Assembly (NCBI GenBank): GCA_026394315.1
Contig: JAPKYM010000213.1
Location: 1 to 43,254, forward strand
Length of the DNA: 43,254 bases
Source of the DNA: Candidatus Bathyarchaeota archaeon
GTDB taxonomy: Archaea; Thermoproteota; Bathyarchaeia; 40CM-2-53-6; RBG-13-38-9
Direction of reading: 5' to 3'
The notes under the pieces were generated by a model. The model saw nothing but the letters and a program-made list of their open reading frames with translations, did not search any database and was not told the origin of the DNA. Below, one piece after another: positions 37,008 through 43,254 of the stretch (within the stretch, counting starts at the first letter, position 1; each line of letters starts with the position of its first letter). The position numbers were made by a program, and so were the translations under genes.

Positions 37008-37216
37008 TTAGTGTACCACAATCTCTGACTTTGATCTAGGTTATTGGTGTTCTCTATCGACACTCCCCAATTGAAATCCAGACCTTAGTAGCTTCTCACT
37101 ATGATATTCCTGTGTTAAACTACTTCTGTGAACAGTATTCCGATTGGAATCTCTTTTATTGCTTTCCACCCCTCAAGTTATCTATGGAACCTTAGGAATT
37201 AGATGTGGGGCTTTGC

Positions 37217-38140
37217 ATGAGTCTTGCTGGAAGGGATATAATTTCAATACGCGACTTCACGAGATTTGACATTGATCATATGCTCTCAGCTGCAGATCAA
37301 ATGGAGCTACAAGCCAAAAGTGGTTCTGACATTCTCAGAGGCAAGATTATGGCTACTCTCTTTTTCGAACCCAGCACCAGAACCAAACTAAGCTTCGAGT
37401 CTGCAATGTATCGGCTTGGTGGATCATGCATAGGATTTGCTGAACCTAGCACCGCATCTGTACAAAAAGGAGAGAACCTATCAGATACTGTACGGGTCGT
37501 GGAGAACTATGCTGACGTCTTAGTTATTAGGCATCCTCTTGAGGGAGCTTCGCGGTTAGCGGGTGAAGTTACCGATGTTCCTGTAGTGAATGCAGGCTCA
37601 GGCTCTGAGGAGCATCCTACCCAAGCAATACTTGACATATACACTATGAAGCGGGAGTTCGGCCACATAGATGGTTTAAAAGTCGCCATGGTGGGTGACC
37701 TTCGCTATGGCAGGACTGTGCATTCTCTTGCATACGCCCTCTCTCTTTACAAAGATGTCAAATTGTGCCTGATCTCTCCTGACCTACTGCGAATGCGGCA
37801 CGAAGTTCTTGAGGACATTGGACGTAATATAGACTTTGAGGAAGGCAAAGACCTCGGGAAGATTCTAGGCGAGGTCGATGTCATATATATGACACGAATA
37901 CAGAAGGAACGATTCGCTGACCTTGCTGAATATGAAGCTATTAAGGGTTCATATAGACTCACTCAAGCTGACCTTAAACATTGTAAGAAAGGCGCGATAG
38001 TTATGCATCCTTTACCTAGGGTTGATGAGATCGATGCCGATGTTGATGGCACCATATATGCTAGATATTTCAGACAGGTCTGGTACGGGGTGCTTTCGCG
38101 GATGGGTTTGTTGGCTCTTATTCTTGGAGCGATCACGTGA
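37217..38140 (+). CDS. pyrB: Aspartate carbamoyltransferase catalytic chain
   Basis: FFEPSTRT, HPTQ, GDL.YGRTVHSL, TRIQKER, MHPLPR. Confidence 0.98.
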   Translation: MSLAGRDIISIRDFTRFDIDHMLSAADQMELQAKSGSDILRGKIMATLFFEPSTRTKLSFESAMYRLGGSCIGFAEPSTASVQKGENLSDTVRVVENYADVLVIRHPLEGASRLAGEVTDVPVVNAGSGSEEHPTQAILDIYTMKREFGHIDGLKVAMVGDLRYGRTVHSLAYALSLYKDVKLCLISPDLLRMRHEVLEDIGRNIDFEEGKDLGKILGEVDVIYMTRIQKERFADLAEYEAIKGSYRLTQADLKHCKKGAIVMHPLPRVDEIDADVDGTIYARYFRQVWYGVLSRMGLLALILGAIT

Positions 38141-38158
38141 TTTTGCGCATGAGTCAGT

Positions 38159-40429
38159 CTAGGATAACGAGTACATAGTTCTACTCTCTATATCCCTTCT
38201 CTTTGATTCAGCCCACAACGTCAGTGGTGTATATGTTGCTGAAGATCTGCCGAATGTGATCAAGTTTGTCGCGCCGCACGATGGACACTTTGAAGCTATG
38301 CCAAGGGAAGTTTTGTTGCACCTCCGGCAGTAGGAGAAGTTGGTGGTGTAGGTGAAGAATCTCAGATGGTTCTGGCATGCTTGCTCTGTAAGATGTAGTA
38401 GCTCCTTCGGATCTTGCTCTTTCGGAGCCAAATAGATAGGTGTTAAGTGTCCTCCCAAGGACTGTTCTTGGAATTTGCTTTCTAGGGCAATTCTCTGATG
38501 AAGATCTATCTTGGCTGCTAATGGAACCACAAAGAGATCTGTATAGTAGGGATAGTCCCTAATCCCTTCAGTTGCCACTTGCCCAGGACCATATCTCGCC
38601 ATATCAAGCTTTGCGAGCCGGGATGAAGCCTCATCTTGAGGCCTTTGTGCAACAACTAGACGCATTCCCAGCTTCTTGGAAGCGGACTCTGCAAAGTCGT
38701 TTATTTCTTTCAGTATCTTTAGAGCAAATTCCATGGCTCTTTCGTTCTCATTTAGAGAGGCCCCTATGAATGCCTTTACAGCTTCATATAGCCCTACGAA
38801 ACTAATTGCATAAGTCGCGTTCTTTTCAATGAAATAGGCACTCTCAGCACCTCCCGACAGAAGCGGGAGTAATGACTGCTGGAGCCTCTCTTTGAGAACC
38901 TCGCTCTTCCTCTGGAAAGCTGCAGCCACAAGATTGAGATTCGTCTCAAGTATGTTCTGAAATCTGTCTATCTTTCTGTGCGATTCGTAGGCAATCCTCG
39001 GCAGGTTTAAGAAGATTGTGTCGGCATTGCCCGTCCTCATGCAGTCGTCTTCCCAGTTACCTGTCCAGGAATTATCAATTCTTAAGCCAGTTGCAGTATA
39101 GACTGCCTTTTCTTCGCTTCCGAGATTTGCAAAGTATGGCAGGAAGGATGTTGCCGCGAATTGATGTATCTTCATCAGTAAATCATGCACTCTCTTGTTA
39201 CTTTCATTTGGACCCCTGATCTTGAAGATGAGTCTAGGATTAAGGAGAGGTTTCTCTTTTGACGCCTCGATAGCGGCGTCAACTGCTGCTTCTAGCAGAT
39301 CGTTCGCAGACTCTGTATAATCGCCATATTTCCCAAGGTTGTTACCTTCAGGTCCATTGACTTTGATACTATTGAGGAATTGTGGGATACTAAGTTCAAA
39401 ACCAAGAGAGAGGCTGCTACCAATATCCTGTGAGTAGACATCATGACGAATGTTCGTAAAGAATTGATAGAGTGAATCTCTCAGCTGGTCTTTGGAAACC
39501 TTGGATACGTATGGTGCTAGGAATATGTTGAACATGTCAAAACACTGTTCACCAGACACTTCGTTTCTTGCTAGCTCGTATACCTGTTGTGCAGCAAGCA
39601 GAGCAGTCTGAAATGTCTTTGGAGGCTTTTTTGTTGGTAACCCGTTCTTGAGAAAGAATCTTAGGTCCTGCATGACCTCGCTCGGTTTGAGTATCCATTC
39701 TCCTAGATTATCAATATGCAAGACTCCAGAAAGGTGAGCGTCGGCAATGCTTCTCGGTAGGAAATTCAGGAGTACGTATTCCTCGATAACGGCATTTCCA
39801 GCTGCATAAGTCACAGCCTGAGCATTAAGCATCCTTTCACTGGAATATTTGAGTAGCTCTGAAACATCATGAACAGGCATCCCGAGTCTTGTTAGTTTGT
39901 GACGATAATCTTCAAGGCGTTTCTCAATCAGTATGGCGTTAATGAACTCTCTTATCAGAGGCGCTGTCAGGTAACTTGTCCGTAGCCTGAGAAGTCGCTC
40001 TTCAGCTTCTGCCGCTATTTCTTGGGCCAATTCATAAGGAACACCAGCCTCATTGATCAGTGAGTTCGCTATTTTCTCTCTCTCAAACTCCTCTAGAGAG
40101 AGCTTAGATGTTCTGACATACAACTTCCCTTTCTTTGCAGCTACGTACTCCTCCAAATCCCTCTCGAAGGTTACCACGATTTCTCCGAGCTCGGTTATTC
40201 CATATTTCTTTGTGTTCTTGTCCAGCGTGACCAGACGTGTTCCAGTTACGCTCTTAAGGTGATAGACAAACTTACCTGCGTCACGTATCGGATCGAGACC
40301 TAATGCGGACATCACTTCGGTGTAAGGAAGTGGCCCCTTAGACTTCAGTAGCTTTAGGATTCGAAGCCTTACTGGCGAGGAGGCTGCGTTTAGTATGTCG
40401 ACTCCAGATTTTTCGAATGACATTGACAT
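38159..40429 (-). CDS. ArsR-like wHTH plus ATP-cone plus class III ribonucleotide reductase (NrdD)-like protein, catalytic residues absent
   Basis: SSPVRLRILKLL...FVYHLK wHTH; VRTS....EEF...KI..SL..EAG ATP-cone; AHLSG.LHI, NLPRIA, GL.EAV, YYT, GGH, CxxC..CxxC of NrdD. Has TGLR and RSSATY instead of GCR and RITGY. Confidence 0.85.
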   Translation of the reverse strand: MSMSFEKSGVDILNAASSPVRLRILKLLKSKGPLPYTEVMSALGLDPIRDAGKFVYHLKSVTGTRLVTLDKNTKKYGITELGEIVVTFERDLEEYVAAKKGKLYVRTSKLSLEEFEREKIANSLINEAGVPYELAQEIAAEAEERLLRLRTSYLTAPLIREFINAILIEKRLEDYRHKLTRLGMPVHDVSELLKYSSERMLNAQAVTYAAGNAVIEEYVLLNFLPRSIADAHLSGVLHIDNLGEWILKPSEVMQDLRFFLKNGLPTKKPPKTFQTALLAAQQVYELARNEVSGEQCFDMFNIFLAPYVSKVSKDQLRDSLYQFFTNIRHDVYSQDIGSSLSLGFELSIPQFLNSIKVNGPEGNNLGKYGDYTESANDLLEAAVDAAIEASKEKPLLNPRLIFKIRGPNESNKRVHDLLMKIHQFAATSFLPYFANLGSEEKAVYTATGLRIDNSWTGNWEDDCMRTGNADTIFLNLPRIAYESHRKIDRFQNILETNLNLVAAAFQRKSEVLKERLQQSLLPLLSGGAESAYFIEKNATYAISFVGLYEAVKAFIGASLNENERAMEFALKILKEINDFAESASKKLGMRLVVAQRPQDEASSRLAKLDMARYGPGQVATEGIRDYPYYTDLFVVPLAAKIDLHQRIALESKFQEQSLGGHLTPIYLAPKEQDPKELLHLTEQACQNHLRFFTYTTNFSYCRRCNKTSLGIASKCPSCGATNLITFGRSSATYTPLTLWAESKRRDIESRTMYSLS

Positions 40430-40932
40430 TACTACTGCCTCTGTTTGGGATATCTGGAGAGTGATCTTTGTTTAAAAGAATAGACAATTCATTCGAGTAT
40501 AGTACACTTTCTTTGAGTTGGTGTTCTTGACAGGGTTAATGCATGCTAGGTGGGTGTTAAACTGGTTCGACTACATAGAGTGTAATTGTGTAACACATAG
40601 GAACATTTATACGGGTGACTCGTATATCCTATGGGTTGAGGATGAGCGAGATGAAAAACGCTGGCGTCTTATGCGCGCTCTTTAGCTCACCACAGAGCAA
40701 ACTCATACTACAACAAGAAGAACGAGAACAACCTCTATACTTTCTGAAGATACCCGGGCAAATCAAGCCGTAATCTTCTCCCTCCTCTTTTTTCTTTTCT
40801 CCTATTGGGGCCCTCACGGGCCCAATAATAAAACCAGACCACGTCATCGACCAATATTCATTAGGCTCAAATATGGCGCTACGTAACTTCGTTGTGGAGT
40901 AAGGCTCCAGGTGCTGTCAAACGGTTCCAGAT

Positions 40933-41294
40933 GTGGAACTAGACGATTCTAACACTACTTTTGCGACTGTAAAGAGTTTGATCGAGAAGTTCATCCAAGA
41001 TAGAGATTGGAAAAGATTCCATACGCCAAGAAACCTCGCTGAATCTATCAGTATAGAGTCCGCGGAGCTGCTGGAAATATTTCAATGGATCACCACAGAC
41101 GAAGCCCATCTTATGAAGAATGCTGCCAATTTTGAAAGATTACAAGAAGAACTTGCAGACATCTGATCTATTGCATAAGCATGTTTAATGCGATAGGAAC
41201 AGACATCGTGAAGGCGCTTGTAGATAAGATTCAGAAGAATGAGACGAAGTATCCCTCTGAAGTTTCCAAAGGAACTTACTCAAAAATGGGCTGA
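40933..41294 (+). pseudogene. MazG-like / dCTP pyrophosphatase family, 1-nt frameshift at ~41163 (pseudogene or sequencing error)
   Basis: RDW.RFH.P.NLA.SI..E.AELLE.FQW...EELADI, then the shifted frame continues IYC...KI.KN..KYP to TGA at 41292-41294. Confidence 0.85.
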
Positions 41295-41558
41295 AGTGGG
41301 CATGATATCTGGCGAGATAAATAGGAATCATGTACTATCGGCACTAGATGAAATAAAGAAAAGTGGAGCGCGCGCTCTCTAGCCGGTAGACGATTTAAAT
41401 ACCTAGAACCCCACCGACACCTCAAAGAAAAGCGAGAAACGAAAAAGCCTATTTCAAGCCTGAACCAGAGAAACAGTAACATATTTGAGACCCCTGGCGG
41501 GGGTTTCAATCGCTCTATGGTAGAATTGATCATCACCGAATCAATCATAAAATGACTG

Positions 41559-41817
41559 CCACGTGAAACCCTAAACCTCTAAACCAAACAGCCACAAGGC
41601 AGTTCCACGTACCCAAACCCAAAACACGTGGAACCCAAAAAACAACCACTATGTAATATCCCCCCTAGCTGGTGAGAGCACCCTAATTTGAACCGTTAAG
41701 ACAGGTTATTTTTGTGTGTGTGTGTGTGCTCACCAGCTAGGGTGGGGATGTAGATAACTGGCTGTTTGGTGTGGCCACGTGGATACGGGTTTTCCGACGT
41801 GGACATCCACGTGTAAC
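41559..41817. repeat. Long imperfect inverted repeat with six ACGT-core boxes and central (TG)8
   Basis: Perfect 14-bp IR CCCTAGCTGGTGAG (41663-41676) / CTCACCAGCTAGGG (41729-41742). Boxes at 41559, 41602, 41625, 41775, 41797, 41806. Confidence 0.75.
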
Positions 41818-42104
41818 TCCAAACCCTTTCTTCAATTTCCCATATCTTGATGAAAGCATCAGAGCACGCTATCTGCGAATATCAAGAAAAAAATGGGTGT
41901 TTGAAAGCTGTCCGGTGATTAGGGTGCAGTCCAGACAGCAATAGCAGTGGCTACCCCATATTCACTCCAGACGCATAGTGAATACCATCCCTATCTAACA
42001 CTCTCGGCATAGTACTCTCCTTGGCGAGCCGCAGGTGGGCCTGACAGGTTTGTTTGAGCCATAGCTAGTGAGCAAACAATAGACTGTGAGGAAGCCGCAG
42101 CTAA

Positions 42105-43254
42105 CTAATATAGTTCATTCCTTTTTGAGATGTGGTTGAGTCGTCTCTTGTAAGCAGCCCTGAGTGTCAGTAGCGGCATTACGGCATAGATTGTTGTCGA
42201 TGAAACCGCGGCAAATAGAAATGCGGCAACAGATGCAAACGTCGAGTTGATAGGTGACGACATTGTGTATGTGTATGCGGTAAGATGGATTGTTCCAACA
42301 AGCGGTAACAAGAGAACTCTGAAGAGTGGTTTGGTAACATCGTGAGCATGAATAAACTCTGCGATTGGTGGCGACCACAAGTAATAGAAAGTATTCCACC
42401 CGTTTACCAGTAGTCTTCCAACTTCATTTGAACCTATCATCCCGTCTCTAACGTGTTGCATATAGGCGATTTCAGGAGCCAATTCACTTCCATAAGCGGC
42501 GGTAGCTATGACACAACCGTAATGCGGCTTCGACGTAGGCGTTGACGTAGGTTCAGGTGTGGCAGTTGGTGTAGAGTTCGTCGTAGGTGTCGGTGTCAGG
42601 GAGGGCATAGGTGTACTTGTTGGCTCAGAGACAGGTTCGTAGGTTATGCTGACGTCATCCCAGAATGCCCCCATTGGAACAGATGTGAGTCTCTGAAATG
42701 TCACTGCCAGTAATGTTATTGATACTCTCTCAACTGAGGCGACTGTAATGTTCGGGTAGGTCTGCTTGAGATCCGCATCAATGTTGCGTTTAACATGATT
42801 CCATTTATCGGATGCTAAATCAGAGAGCAGGATGTTCTTGACATTCTCTGAGGTCATCTTTGGCAATGGATAATCTCTGTAGACAGCGATGTTTTCTGTC
42901 CACGCGACGTAGTACACTATGGTCTTCTTGGTCTGTGTTGTCCAGAAATCAACGATTAATGCAATATCAACCCATGCGTTTACTTGAGATGTACCGAATA
43001 AGTAGACGTTGAATTGAAGCGTCAAATTAGATCTTCGATTCAATTGGATCTCTTGAGTGGCGCCCCCTCCAACGCCATAACAGTGCTCTCCTCCAGTACC
43101 GCTGAGTGTGTAGAGAGAATACCTTCCAGAATATGCGCGATAGTCTGTGGCTGCTCCTTCCCGAGGAAGCTGGTTACAATAGCTGAAGCCGCTCCATCCA
43201 TTCATCCCATTCTCAAAGCCACCATTCGCTACAAGCTCAACGACTTCACATCTT
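42105..43254 (-). CDS. CFI-box-CTERM surface protein with CBM-like domain (5' end outside the window)
   Basis: GCVIATAAYGSELAPE...RD...FYY..SP motif and P/T linker. The frame stays open to the window edge (ELVANGGFENG). Confidence 0.82.
   Translation of the reverse strand, partial: RCEVVELVANGGFENGMNGWSGFSYCNQLPREGAATDYRAYSGRYSLYTLSGTGGEHCYGVGGGATQEIQLNRRSNLTLQFNVYLFGTSQVNAWVDIALIVDFWTTQTKKTIVYYVAWTENIAVYRDYPLPKMTSENVKNILLSDLASDKWNHVKRNIDADLKQTYPNITVASVERVSITLLAVTFQRLTSVPMGAFWDDVSITYEPVSEPTSTPMPSLTPTPTTNSTPTATPEPTSTPTSKPHYGCVIATAAYGSELAPEIAYMQHVRDGMIGSNEVGRLLVNGWNTFYYLWSPPIAEFIHAHDVTKPLFRVLLLPLVGTIHLTAYTYTMSSPINSTFASVAAFLFAAVSSTTIYAVMPLLTLRAAYKRRLNHISKRNELY

Noticed and set aside
1078..37962. 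Numerous antisense and nested ORFs in the track
   Set aside because: Shadows of well-supported genes on the opposite strand or in another frame.
38159..40429. Calling this an active nrdD
   Set aside because: Radical Gly and catalytic Cys motifs are missing, so the symbol is withheld.
40629..40847. 72-aa ORF (and ORF 41276-41548)
   Set aside because: No recognisable motifs; they cross T-rich or promoter-like non-coding sequence.
41559..41817. CRISPR array or casposon ends (GGGGAT termini)
   Set aside because: No regular repeat-spacer period, no cas1/polB, and the GGGGAT motifs sit inside the repeat facing outward with no TSD.
42528..42630. Short tandem-like repeats (also at 1760-1860)
   Set aside because: Explained by P/T/S linkers of surface proteins.

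Overview
Archaeal chromosomal window, most likely Bathyarchaeia (TACK/Thermoproteota). This is inferred from a single fused Rpo1 and Rpo2, archaeal CdhAB, two Ftr-family genes and a CFI-box-CTERM surface protein. Core content: partial carA, a tRNA-Ser(GCT) with two introns, rps12, the rpoH-rpoB-rpoA-rpl30e-nusA operon, queT, cdhAB, a sulfur-transfer-like cluster (JAMM, polyferredoxin, split YeeE, TusA), proC-purD-HAD-ftr-like-pfkB, SOD, atpF, pyrI/metX/pyrB, a wHTH-NrdD fusion and a MazG-like gene. Four leads stand out. (1) purD is coupled to an EhaR/EhaS/EhaT-like triad (HAD phosphatase, Ftr paralog, ribokinase), a candidate H4MPT-dependent replacement for GAR transformylase. (2) A class III RNR lacking its catalytic Cys and radical Gly is fused to a DNA-binding wHTH, a candidate nucleotide-sensing regulator. 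(3) A 2,347-bp transposase-less element with ~105-bp inverted ends and a perfect 9-bp target duplication carries a tripartite toxin-antitoxin-like cassette next to the RNAP operon promoter. (4) A symmetric non-coding region contains parS-like CACGTG boxes. Three single-base frameshifts in short homopolymers may be sequencing errors. All calls are by eye, with no database searches.
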